NCBI GenBank assembly: GCA_965199715.1
Contig: OZ241322.1
Location: 1,632,001-1,696,000 of the forward strand
Reading direction: 5' to 3'
DNA: 64,000 nucleotides
Origin: Vicinamibacteria bacterium
GTDB lineage: Bacteria; Acidobacteriota; Vicinamibacteria; Marinacidobacterales; Marinacidobacteraceae
A program made the translations under genes and the position numbers. Below, in pieces: positions 1-8,677 of this stretch. The number at the start of each line of letters is the position of its first letter. The stretch's first letter is position 1. The notes beneath the pieces were generated by a model that made no database searches, was not told the origin of the DNA, and saw only the letters and a list, made by a program, of their open reading frames with translations.

Positions 1-478
1 CGTACACGACGTCGGGATTCACCGGGTGGATCCGGATGCGCGCGATCGCCTGCGTGTCGGCGAGCCCCACGTGCCGCCAAGTCTTCCCGCCGTCGGCGCT
101 CTTGTACACGCCGTCGCCCTGGGTGATGCTGCCGCGCAACTGCGTCTCGCCGCCGCCGATGAAGATGACGTCGGGGTTGGTCTCGGCGACCGCCACCGCG
201 CCGATCGACGAACTGGTGATTTGCCCGTCGGTCACCGGGAACCAGGTCGTGCCCGAATCGAGCGTCTTCCACAGACCGCCGCCGGTCGCCCCGAAGTAGT
301 ACTCGTGGCGGCGCCCCGGACTTCCGGTGCACGACAGCGACCGTCCGCCCCGCAGCGGCCCGATGTTCCGCCACTCGAGCGTGCGGATGCTGTGCGGCTC
401 GGGAGTCCAGTCCTGGGCGGCCGCGGGAAGCGCGACGAGGGCGGCGAGGGTGATCGCGAGAAGCGGTCGGATGCGCAT
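1..478 (-). CDS. Secreted BNR/Asp-box (VPS10-like) glycosyl-hydrolase-family protein, N-terminal part (runs off the window)
   Basis: Manual translation from ATG at 478: MRIRPLLAITLAALVALPAAAQ (signal peptide), then LEWRNIGPLRGGRS...YYFGATGGGLWKTLDSGTTW...GDGVYKSADGGKTW with Asp-box repeats. Absent from the ORF track because it is truncated. Confidence 0.9.
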   Translation of the reverse strand, partial: MRIRPLLAITLAALVALPAAAQDWTPEPHSIRTLEWRNIGPLRGGRSLSCTGSPGRRHEYYFGATGGGLWKTLDSGTTWFPVTDGQITSSSIGAVAVAETNPDVIFIGGGETQLRGSITQGDGVYKSADGGKTWRHVGLADTQAIARIRIHPVNPDVVY

Positions 479-549
479 TTCGGGTTCCTCCGGGCGTTGT
501 CCACCGAAGAATATGCGGCGTCCGGGCGCTGCTAGGCTTATGCGCGTCC

Positions 550-810
550 ATGGCCAACCGCTCCCGTCAGACCTTTCTCAAGCGCCGCAAGGAGAAGGAA
601 CGGGTCGCGAAGCAGCGCGCCAAGGAGCTGCGCCGCCGCGAGCGGGCGATCGAGAAGGAGCAGGAAGCCCGGAGTTACCGAGGCGCGGATCGCGATCTCG
701 AAGGGATCACCGCCGGGCCGCAGGACCCGGTCTGGAAGATGGCCGGCGTGCTGACCGAGGACGAGGTGCAGGCCCTCGAGGCCGAGGAAGAGGAAGAGGA
801 AGAGTCCTGA
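550..810 (+). CDS. Small hypothetical protein with basic N-terminus and acidic tail
   Basis: 86 aa ORF MANRSRQTFLKRRKEKER...DLEGITAGPQ...EEEEEES with typical coding bias; TAGGCT -10-like box at 533-538. Confidence 0.7.
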   Translation: MANRSRQTFLKRRKEKERVAKQRAKELRRRERAIEKEQEARSYRGADRDLEGITAGPQDPVWKMAGVLTEDEVQALEAEEEEEEES

Positions 811-1295
811 CGGCCGCGACGCCCTCGATCGCGGCGGGAGCGCGGGCGCTCGTCGAGCTTCGCCCGCTGCTCGTCGGTGAGTATCGCCCGCATCCGGGCG
901 CGGGCGTCCCGGCGCAGCACCGCGATCTCGGCCTGCGAGCGTCCGAGCCTCTCGCCCAGCTCGCGGATCCGGTCATCGCCGGCTTCCGCGTCGCGGGCGG
1001 CCTCGCCCAGGTCCCGGCGGGCGACGGCGACGGCGCGGCGCTGGTCGCGCATCCGGTCGCTCGACTCGCGCATGGCCTCGCGCATCCGGTCGCGCTGCTC
1101 GTCCGTGAGTTCGAGCTGGCGCGCCATCCGCCCCAGTGCGCGACGGACCTCGTCGAGCCGCCCGCGGCGGTGGTCGCGCTGCTCCATCCGGCGGCCGCGC
1201 TGCGCTTCGGGCGCGCCGAACGCCGTGGTCCCGATCAGTGCGGCGCCGCCAAGAAGCAGGCCCCCGACAAGGACCCTCGTGGCGGTGAGTTTCAT
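675..1295 (-). CDS. Spy/CpxP/ZraP-family periplasmic protein
   Basis: Signal peptide, two LTDEQ (LTXXQ) motifs, helical Arg-rich body, GGAG RBS upstream. The last ~45 codons overlap the convergent gene. Confidence 0.85.
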   Translation of the reverse strand: MKLTATRVLVGGLLLGGAALIGTTAFGAPEAQRGRRMEQRDHRRGRLDEVRRALGRMARQLELTDEQRDRMREAMRESSDRMRDQRRAVAVARRDLGEAARDAEAGDDRIRELGERLGRSQAEIAVLRRDARARMRAILTDEQRAKLDERPRSRRDRGRRGRQDSSSSSSSASRACTSSSVSTPAIFQTGSCGPAVIPSRSRSAPR

Positions 1296-1343
1296 TGGCG
1301 TCTCCTTTCGCCGGGTTCCGCCCGGCGGTCTGTGGCAGGAATC

Positions 1344-1358
1344 GCAAGGCGCGTGCCG
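1344..1358 (-). promoter_or_regulatory. Sigma-54 (-24/-12) promoter for the Spy/CpxP-like gene
   Basis: Minus strand reads CGGCACGCGCCTTGC, i.e. GG-N10-GC matching the TGGCACG-N4-TTGC consensus, ~50 bp upstream of the ATG. Confidence 0.65.
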
Positions 1359-1381
1359 CGGGATAGACTTGCGGGTTGGCT

Positions 1382-1455
1382 GGCGGGGTAGCTCAGTCGG
1401 TCAGAGCGAAGGACTCATAACCCTTAGGTCGGCGGTTCAAGTCCGCCCCCCGCTA
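1382..1455 (+). tRNA. tRNA-Met (CAT), elongator type; CCA not encoded
   Basis: GGCGGGG/CCCCGCT acceptor stem, TAGCTCAG D-arm, CTCATAA anticodon loop, GGCGG-TTCAAGT-CCGCC T-arm. G2-C71/C3-G70 and a paired 1-72 position favour elongator Met over fMet or Ile2. Confidence 0.93.
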
Positions 1456-1482
1456 CCCCCTCCGCTTGGGAGGAGCCTCCTC

Positions 1483-1794
1483 ATGCAACGCAACTTCCAG
1501 ATCAAGGCCAACCGGGACGCCAAGTGTCCCAGCGTGTACGCGAACTACTGCGAGGCCACCCACTCCCCGTTCGACATCACCCTCACCTTCTGCACCCTCA
1601 CCGGGGTCCAGCCGGAAGACGTGGTCCAGGAGGACGAGGGCGGCCCGACCGTCTTCGCCGACCCGCAGATGCGGGTCACGGTTCCGGTCGCCATGGTGCC
1701 CGCGCTCATCAAGATGCTCACCTTGCAGATGCGCGCGATGGAGGAGAACGAGGGCGGCGGACGGCCGGCTCCGGGAACCGCCAAGCTCCACTGA
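1483..1794 (+). CDS. DUF3467-like protein
   Basis: ATG at 1483 after GGGAGG; VYANYCEATHSPFDITLTF and RVTVPVAMVPALIKML match the DUF3467 pattern. Confidence 0.75.
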   Translation: MQRNFQIKANRDAKCPSVYANYCEATHSPFDITLTFCTLTGVQPEDVVQEDEGGPTVFADPQMRVTVPVAMVPALIKMLTLQMRAMEENEGGGRPAPGTAKLH

Positions 1795-1799
1795 ACCAC

Positions 1800-2240
1800 G
1801 TGGCGGATTTCACGCTGGGCGAGAGCCCGCCGAAGCGGCGCAGCGAGCGGGAGGCGGCGCTCGACCGCCTGCGAGCGATCCGGGAGACCGAGGGAGGCCG
1901 TTCCAACCGCATGAAGCGGCTGCAAGTCGCCCTCGTGTGCGTCTGCCTCGGCGTCGGAAGCCTGCAGGGGTGGTTCTGGCTCCAGTTGCTCGCGATTCCG
2001 GCGGCGTTGGCGTGCTGGTGGCTCGACGACGGCGTCGCCCAGGCCGAGGAGCGGTTCGCCCGGCTCTACGACCGGGTCCAGAGCGGAGCGACCTCTCCGC
2101 CGCTCATGGGCGAGGAGGCCGACGCCGCCCAGGCGCTGCCGCCGCCCGACGAGTCCTCGACGCCGCTGCTGCGGGTCCCGGGCGCCGGATTCCACGCCCT
2201 GATGCTCGCGATCTCGATCGGCTTCAACCTGTTTCTGTAG
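1800..2240 (+). CDS. Hypothetical membrane protein (2-3 TM)
   Basis: GTG start 5 nt after the previous stop; hydrophobic segments followed by WWLDD...EERFARLYDRV. Confidence 0.6.
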   Translation: MADFTLGESPPKRRSEREAALDRLRAIRETEGGRSNRMKRLQVALVCVCLGVGSLQGWFWLQLLAIPAALACWWLDDGVAQAEERFARLYDRVQSGATSPPLMGEEADAAQALPPPDESSTPLLRVPGAGFHALMLAISIGFNLFL

Positions 2241-2472
2241 GCGGCGGGATCTCCAGCCGATCCTCGATCAGCATGATCGGGATCCCGTCGCGCACCGGGT
2301 AGAGCACCTTTCCGTCCGCGCGCACCAGACCCTCGGTCACTTCGGGCCGGCCGGCAAGCCGCCCGTCCCGGATCGCCTCGTTCACGCGGTCGAGCACGTC
2401 CGGCGGGGCCGGATGGACCGGCTGCCGATCCTCCGGACAACAGAGGACATCGAGAAGCTCGCGGTCGATCAC
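2224..2472 (-). CDS. Trm112/YcaR-family protein
   Basis: VIDRELLDVLCCPEDRQP...LYPVRDGIPIMLIE; GTG start at 2472, just downstream of tRNA-Leu. Confidence 0.88.
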   Translation of the reverse strand: MIDRELLDVLCCPEDRQPVHPAPPDVLDRVNEAIRDGRLAGRPEVTEGLVRADGKVLYPVRDGIPIMLIEDRLEIPPPTETG

Positions 2473-2483
2473 TTGGGGCGCGG

Positions 2484-2566
2484 TGCCGGAGGAGGGGGTC
2501 GAACCCTCACGATCCGGGGATCGCGGGATTTTGAGTCCCGTGCGTCTGCCATTCCGCCACTCCGGC
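2484..2566 (-). tRNA. tRNA-Leu (CAA); CCA not encoded
   Basis: Minus strand GCCGGAGTGGCGGAATGGCAGACGCACGGGACT-CAA-AATCCCG, long variable arm, GAGGGTTCGACCCCCTC T-arm, CTCCGGC-A. Confidence 0.95.
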
Positions 2567-3535
2567 GTTCCCGGCACGGGCGGCGGAGTCTAGCAAAGGC
2601 CTCGGACTCACGAGGCCCCTCTCGAACACCGGCCGCCGGGTGATGACGAGTTCAGGAATCCGGTTGTGATGGCCATTCTTCATCAGGACGCGAACCGCGT
2701 GGAAGCCGTGCCGCTCGACCAGCGCGACGATCTCCGGGGCCTCGTCGTAGGTGACCATGAAGTCCGCCTCGCCCTCTGCGAGTAACGCGAACAGGCGCTG
2801 GTGGTCCAGATCATGGTGGGCGTAGAGCCGGCGCCCGGCTCGCTTGCCGCCCGCCGTATAGGGCGGATCCGCGAACACGGCCGCGCCGGCCGGCGGATTC
2901 TCCAGAAGGGCCATCCCGTCTCCCTCACGGAAGTCGATGCGATCCCGGTGGTCGTGGATGGCCTCGAGGCGCGCCGCGAGCGTCTCCGGGTACCAACGCG
3001 ACCGGAGGCCCCTGCCCGCCTCGCCGTTCCGGGTGAACGCCGCTCCGGGCGCGAGCACTCCGCCGCGCCGGGTCCGGTTGAGGACCAACGTCCGAAAACC
3101 ACGATCCAAGACTCCTTCCGGCTGCGCTTGCGCGAGCGCTGCGACCGACGACGGCGAGAACGGGAACCGCCGGACCCACTCGGCGAGGGCGGGGCCGCAG
3201 CCGAGCGCCGCACGCCAGAACGCCGCGACATCGGGGTCCCGCTCGGCCATCAGGCACCGTTCGGCCCACCCTTCCATCACCGCGCTCAGCGAGACGATCC
3301 CGCCGCCACAGAACGGCTCGATCAGGAGGCGGGGCCGGGGCCGCCGCCCGGTGAGCCAGGCGCGGACATGCGGGATGAGCCATGTCTTGCCGCCCGGATA
3401 CCGGAGCGGACTGCGCTGGGCAACCGAGGCCACGTTCGCCGCCGGGATGGGGGAGACGGGGATGCACTCGGTCAGGCCCGCCGCTCCGCCACGATGTACT
3501 TCTGAGCGACAAGACTCTCCCCCGGGGTGCGCCAT
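2507..3535 (-). CDS. Dam-like (D12 class) DNA adenine methyltransferase; start uncertain
   Basis: SPLRYPGGK, EPFCGGG (motif I) and FADPPY (motif IV) in alpha-class order. The reading frame runs on into tRNA-Leu. Confidence 0.88.
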   Translation of the reverse strand: MAHPGGESCRSEVHRGGAAGLTECIPVSPIPAANVASVAQRSPLRYPGGKTWLIPHVRAWLTGRRPRPRLLIEPFCGGGIVSLSAVMEGWAERCLMAERDPDVAAFWRAALGCGPALAEWVRRFPFSPSSVAALAQAQPEGVLDRGFRTLVLNRTRRGGVLAPGAAFTRNGEAGRGLRSRWYPETLAARLEAIHDHRDRIDFREGDGMALLENPPAGAAVFADPPYTAGGKRAGRRLYAHHDLDHQRLFALLAEGEADFMVTYDEAPEIVALVERHGFHAVRVLMKNGHHNRIPELVITRRPVFERGLVSPRPLLDSAARAGNAGVAEWQTHGTQNPAIPGS

Positions 3536-4393
3536 GCGTCGCGGCCCTCGCCCGCTGGAGAACACTGTGAGCGGCGGCCAACTAGCCCGCCAACGGTTGC
3601 TCATAGAGAGTTAGGTTCATCGGTTTGCCCGTGTACGGATCCGCCAATGGCGGTAAGTTCGGCCTGGTGTTCCGTCGGAAATGGTCCTCCACCGACCAGA
3701 ATTGCAATCTCGGATAAGTCGTCGTCGCCCCTTCCAACACGAAGCGTCCGGCACCGCGAAACTCGGCCTCCATGCCAGTAGTCCAATTCCTTCCCAGCGT
3801 GATGAACACACCGGCGACCGCGCCCTCACGTTCCAACACCTGACCAAACGCACGAACGTTATCCATCGACGGTCGTCCCGACTTTACTTGGGCGAGAACG
3901 AGTTTGCGTTCGTAGTTCTCCGCCTTGTTGAGAAGAGTGCCTCTCCCGTCAAGACCACCGTCGCCAACCTGCTTCGTGTTCGGGACCATACCATCCACCA
4001 GATTGATCGCCCAAGTTTCAAACGGGCCGTATTTCTTTTGTTTTACCATGAATTTCGCGGACTCGTAGTCAACGGGTATGCCTTCTGTCTCACACGGCAC
4101 GCCGACTCGCCGCAGCCGACGCTTCATAACAGTCTCGACGGCGAATACTGATATGTCGATCCCTGCCCAGCGCCGCCCGGTCCGCTGCGCGGCCATCACC
4201 GTTGTTCCACAACCACAGAAGGGATCCAAGACCAAATCACCTGGCTGAGTCGACATCTCGATGATTCGCTCGAGAAGCGGCGCTGGCTTTTCCGTCGGAT
4301 ACCGGTTCTCACGCTTTCCGCGCACTTGTTCCACATCGGTCCAGAGATCCATTACCTTGACGCCGGCTGCCGGATCGTGGTACTTCTTGTAAC

Positions 4394-5611
4394 GGAAGGT
4401 CTGAATATCGCCGGGTTTCCGGCGTTGCACGCATGATTCCCGAGGCGAGACGTCAAGTCTCGGGCGATACGAGGAATATGAAGCGCTATTCCGGGAAACG
4501 CCGGCGTCGTCCCGGCGCAACGTCCCGTGCGTTCATGCGCCCGACGCCGTGAACCGCACGGCGGGCGCACCCGTCCCCTACGCCGGCGGCGCCCGCAACA
4601 GCGTTCGTCGCGCCGAGTACAGGTTCACCAGCGCGAACGGCGCCTTGATGTGACGCGCGTTCTTCGCGAGGCCCCGGAAGCGCGTCTTCCGGAACCCGAA
4701 CACGCGCTTCAGCACCAGGAACGGATGCTCCGCCCGCGCCCGCACCCGCGACTTCGTCCGGTTCCCGCGCCGCTCCTTCTCCGTGAGCGGTCGGTTCCGG
4801 GCCGCCTCGCTCAGCGTGTGGTCCTGCGCCCGAGGCGCGGCGGCCCGGATCCTCGCCTTCCGGCCCACGTACGCCTTGTCGCCCCACACCTTGGTCTCGG
4901 CCCCGTGGAGCAGCTTCCCCACGACCCGGGAGTCATGGACGTTGGCCGGGGTCACCTCCGCCGCGTGGACGTACTTCGACCGGGAGTCCATCCCGATGTG
5001 CGCCTTCAAGCCGAAGAACCACCGGCCGCCCTTGTGCGTGCGCCCCATCTCCGGGTCCCGCTTCCGATCCCGGTTCTTCGTCGACGTGGGCGCGTCCACG
5101 ATGGTCGCGTCGACCACCGTCCCGCGCCGCACCAGGACGCCCGACTTCCCGAGGCGCTCTCCGACGACCTTCAGGATCGCCTCCCCGAAGCCGCGCCGCT
5201 CGAGGAGCCCCCGGAACTTGCAGATCGTGGTCTCGTCGGGCGCCCGCTCCCGTCCGAGGTCGATCCCCGCGAACGTCCGCATGGCGCGCGAGTCGTGCAA
5301 CTGCTCCTCCGCCCTGGGATCGGAGAGGTCGAACCAGCACTGCAGCAGATAGATCCGCAACATCCGCTCCAGCCCGATGGGCGGACGGCCGCGCTCCCCG
5401 GAGGGATACACGGGCTCGATCAGGTTGACCAGCTCGTCCCACGGGACGATCCGATCCATCTCCTCAAGAAACAGATCTCGCCGCGTCTTCTTCCGGAAAC
5501 GATCGAACCCCACCGTCGCGAATGTCCGCCGCCGCATCACCGTAACCTCCGGAAGAAACGAACATCGGCACTTTACCAGTGATCCGGTGTTGCGAATAAA
5601 TCAGACCTTCC
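4394..5611 (-). mobile_element. IS5-family insertion sequence (1218 bp)
   Basis: Terminal inverted repeats GGAAGGTCTGA (4394-4404) and TCAGACCTTCC (5601-5611); direct repeat TAAC at 4390-4393 and 5612-5615. Confidence 0.95.
4578..5540 (-). CDS. IS5-family DDE transposase
   Basis: KKTRRDLFLEEMDRIVPW, GRPP, PDETTICKFR, VDATIV, FGLKAHIGMD, WGDKAY, RARAEHPF. Confidence 0.96.
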   Translation of the reverse strand: MMRRRTFATVGFDRFRKKTRRDLFLEEMDRIVPWDELVNLIEPVYPSGERGRPPIGLERMLRIYLLQCWFDLSDPRAEEQLHDSRAMRTFAGIDLGRERAPDETTICKFRGLLERRGFGEAILKVVGERLGKSGVLVRRGTVVDATIVDAPTSTKNRDRKRDPEMGRTHKGGRWFFGLKAHIGMDSRSKYVHAAEVTPANVHDSRVVGKLLHGAETKVWGDKAYVGRKARIRAAAPRAQDHTLSEAARNRPLTEKERRGNRTKSRVRARAEHPFLVLKRVFGFRKTRFRGLAKNARHIKAPFALVNLYSARRTLLRAPPA

Positions 5612-6504
5612 TAACGAAAGATGTTGTTGGGACCTGCCACTAGCATTCCCTCCTCGTACATGCGCTGCATGCGTTCCTTCTTGAATCGCCATGCGCGGGT
5701 GATCCCCTTGAACTCGTACGGACGATTCCCACCCGCATCGTTAGTGCACGGGAACGTCGCGTATCGCCCCTTGTCGTCTGTGAAGCGATAGGTCTTCTTC
5801 ACGTACTCATCGCTATACGGTGTATATTGAATGTTGAAGGTCGTTGATGCTCGTCCGTAGTACAGAATGATGTCGTGAGCGCTGGGCATACGACGCGTCG
5901 CAAGATTGTGCTTCTCACCCTGCTTCCGGAACCAGACGATCTCGTTGCGGAACTGACTCGCCCCGAAGATCGAGTCCATGAGGACCTTCAGGTAGTGACT
6001 CGCAGTCGGATCGCAGTGAAGAAAGATGCTGCCTGTCGATCTCAATACGCGTGCGCAGGGGGCGAGTCGTTGTGCCATGTACGCGAGATAGGCGAGCATC
6101 CCAGATGGACCCAATATTTCGGCGAGGCCGCGAATGGCCTTGGATGCGGGATGACCGACTGCGTCACTGAGGTTCTCCACGGACTGCGCGGCCTCGTCGC
6201 TCCAATGCCACGTGTCTTGAAACGCCAACAACTGTGCGGACTTCCCGTTAGTGTCCGTTCCAAAGAGAATGTTGTAGTCCGTCTTGGAATTGAAGGGAGG
6301 ATCCAGATATATGAGATCTACCTGTCCGGGGAGCCAATGCTCCATGACCTTGAGACAATCTCCGTAATACAACGTGGATGGGCGAACAAGCCCCCCCGAA
6401 AATGTCATGGACTCCCTCCTCTACGTGGGTTCGCTGGCGCAGCTCGTAACGGACGGAGCGCCCATGCAGATGATTACATGACCGGGCACGCTGGCCCTCC
6501 GCGC

Positions 6505-7335
6505 TCAGTCGTCGAAGACGAACACCGGTTCGGGGTAGTGCCGCACCCGCCCGGTCTGGAAGCGCTCGGCCACCATGTCGGCGAGCCGGCGGCGCTTCTG
6601 GTCGAGCGGCAGGTCGGCGGTCAGGAACGACAGCGGCAGGTGGAAGCCGAGCACGCGGCAGGGCGCGAGGAGCCGCGTGACTCCCGACGGAAGACGCTCG
6701 CCCGCCTCGGCGAGCGCGCGCACCTCGTCGAGTCCGAACCCCGGGTAGCTCAGGACGCCTCCGAGGTCGGGGTGCGCGAGGCGCGCCTCGTCGAGGTCCC
6801 CCGTGGGCAGCCGCCCGAGGCGCGCCCGGGGATGCGTGTGCCGGTCGGCGATCGCCCGCAGCGCGGCCGCCCGCTCGGCGAGCGACGGGCCGCACGCGAA
6901 ACCGAAGCGCCGCCCGTCGGCCAGCGTCAACGCGCACGCGATCGTCGCGCCTTCGGGCGCGTCCCCGTCGTGGGCGGAGATTCCCGGCGGCGGATCGGCG
7001 AGCAGCGCGTCCGCCTCCGGACGGCGGATCACGTGGCGCCAGGTCTCGATCCCGAGCCGCGGATCGTCCCGCTCCTCGGTCTGGACGAGCGCGTGGGGGA
7101 CGCCGAGCCGCGCCAGCGCCTCCACCCGGTTCGCGCCGTCGAGGAGCAGCCGCCGCCCGCCCGAGAGCGCGGCCACGATCGGCGGGTTGCGCAGCGCCCG
7201 GTCGTCGCTGAGCCGCTCCAGCAGCGCCGCGACCCGCATCAGGTCGGTCGCCTCGTGGCGGAGGACGTCCGCGATCGGCAATACTTCCAGACGAGGAATT
7301 CCCGCCGGAACCGGCGCGGGCGAATCACTCTGCAC
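6505..7335 (-). CDS. ParB/sulfiredoxin-fold protein, SbnI/SerK (free serine kinase)-like
   Basis: VLRHE..D..RVAALLERL....LRNPPIV...LLDGANRVEAL, C-terminal LPSGVTR. GTG start at 7335. Confidence 0.65.
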   Translation of the reverse strand: MQSDSPAPVPAGIPRLEVLPIADVLRHEATDLMRVAALLERLSDDRALRNPPIVAALSGGRRLLLDGANRVEALARLGVPHALVQTEERDDPRLGIETWRHVIRRPEADALLADPPPGISAHDGDAPEGATIACALTLADGRRFGFACGPSLAERAAALRAIADRHTHPRARLGRLPTGDLDEARLAHPDLGGVLSYPGFGLDEVRALAEAGERLPSGVTRLLAPCRVLGFHLPLSFLTADLPLDQKRRRLADMVAERFQTGRVRHYPEPVFVFDD

Positions 7336-7399
7336 GGCGGCGAAGTGTAGGCGGCGAATCTCCGGGCGGATTGGTACGCTATTGGCCCCAGAAGCGAAC

Positions 7400-8620
7400 A
7401 TGCGGTTCCCGCGACTCCGGGTCCTTCTCCCGGCCCTCCTCGCCTTGGCGCCTCTCGTGGCGTGCGGCCCCTCGAGCAGCGACGCCGTGCGCATCGGCGC
7501 CGCCCTCCCCCTGAGCGGCCGGCACGCCAACGCCGGCAGTTTCCTGCGCAACGGATACCAGCTCGCGGTGGACGAGGCGAACGAGGCCGGCGGCGTGGTC
7601 ATCGACGGCCAACGTCGCCTCGTGGAGCTGATGATCTACGACGACAAGAGCGACCCCTCGATCTCGCCCAGCCTGCTCGAGCGGCTCATCGCGGTCGATG
7701 GCGTGGCCGCGCTGCTGTCCAGCTACAGCACCCCGCTGGTCCAGTCGCAGGTCATCGTGCCGATGCGCCGGGGCGTTCCGTTCGTGAACGCCGGGGGCGC
7801 GTCCCAGACGATCTTCCGGGAAGGGAACGAATGGGTCTTCGGGGTGCTCAGCCCGGTCATGTCCCTTGCCGAAACCACGCTCGACTGGCTGAGGTGGGAG
7901 CAGGACAACAAGCGTCTCGCGCAGCCGCTGCGGATCGCGCTGATCTGGCAGAACACCGACCACGGACGCGAGTACCGGGACGGGGTCCACCGGGTCATGG
8001 CGGCGCACCCCGGCCGTTTCGAGCTCGTGCTGGACGAGTCCTTCGAGCACCTCTCGAGCGACCACACGTCCCTCATCGTGAAGGTGCGCTCGGTGCAGGC
8101 GGACGTCTTCCTCTCGGATGCCCACGAGCCGGACTTCCTGCTGCAGCACCGGGCCTACATGGAGCAGGGCCTCGGCCACATCGCGGTGAGCTACGGGGCG
8201 CGCGGCCCCGAACGCTCGGTGCGGGAGGGACTCGGGGCGGCCGTCAGCAACCTCGTTTCCGCGCAGTGGTGGACGCGGCAGCTCCCCTATGCGCGTTCGC
8301 AGGAATTCGTCCGGACGTACGAGGGCCGGTTCGGCGGCCCCCTCACCGAGTACTACCCGGCAGTGGCCTACGAGGCGGCGCGGGTGCTCGTCCAGGCGAT
8401 CGACGAGGCCGGCTCGGTGGAGCCGACCGCCATCCGCGACGTCCTGAAGGGCATCGACCTCGACGACTCGTTGCTTCCGGGAGGCCGCCTCCACTTCCCG
8501 GCGGACTCCCGTTATCAGATCCGCAACCTATGCGTGATCGTGCAGAACCTCCCGGACGGCGGCGTGCAGATCGTGTATCCGCCCGACGCCGCGGAAGGGC
8601 CTGCCAACCTCTTCAACTGA
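7400..8620 (+). CDS. Branched-chain amino acid (LivJ/K-type) ABC substrate-binding lipoprotein
   Basis: Lipobox LVAC; IGAALPLSG, GYQLAVDEANEAGG, YDDKSDP. Confidence 0.92.
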   Translation: MRFPRLRVLLPALLALAPLVACGPSSSDAVRIGAALPLSGRHANAGSFLRNGYQLAVDEANEAGGVVIDGQRRLVELMIYDDKSDPSISPSLLERLIAVDGVAALLSSYSTPLVQSQVIVPMRRGVPFVNAGGASQTIFREGNEWVFGVLSPVMSLAETTLDWLRWEQDNKRLAQPLRIALIWQNTDHGREYRDGVHRVMAAHPGRFELVLDESFEHLSSDHTSLIVKVRSVQADVFLSDAHEPDFLLQHRAYMEQGLGHIAVSYGARGPERSVREGLGAAVSNLVSAQWWTRQLPYARSQEFVRTYEGRFGGPLTEYYPAVAYEAARVLVQAIDEAGSVEPTAIRDVLKGIDLDDSLLPGGRLHFPADSRYQIRNLCVIVQNLPDGGVQIVYPPDAAEGPANLFN

Positions 8621-8677
8621 CCCATCGCGTGGCGGACGCCGCCGCGCCGCCGGAACGCAGCCAGGATCGACCGCGCC

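Larger units (their letters stand above)
3582..6408 (-). pseudogene. N4/N6 site-specific DNA methyltransferase with C-terminal Mrr-like PD-(D/E)xK domain, interrupted by IS5
   Basis: 5' part (6408-5612) has LYYGDCL and IYLDPPFNS. 3' part (4389-3582) has YPTEKP, LDPFCGCGTT, GDGGLDG and AQVKSG. Removing the IS and one TAAC restores the frame (NNIFRYKKYHD), 1605 nt or 534 aa. Confidence 0.92.

Noticed and set aside
1382-1455. tRNA(CAT) as initiator or Ile2, given tilS in the window
   Set aside because: No C1:A72 mismatch, no full GGG/CCC anticodon stem, and the acceptor stem has Met-type G2-C71/C3-G70. The A31-C39 mismatch is noted but minor.
3582-4520. Independent 312-aa methyltransferase gene
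   Set aside because: Its first ~42 codons are IS sequence; it is the 3' half of the interrupted gene.
1382-6480. tRNA-anchored integrative element
   Set aside because: No integrase nearby and no duplicated tRNA 3' end seen; the MTase islet lies on the 5' side of tRNA-Leu.
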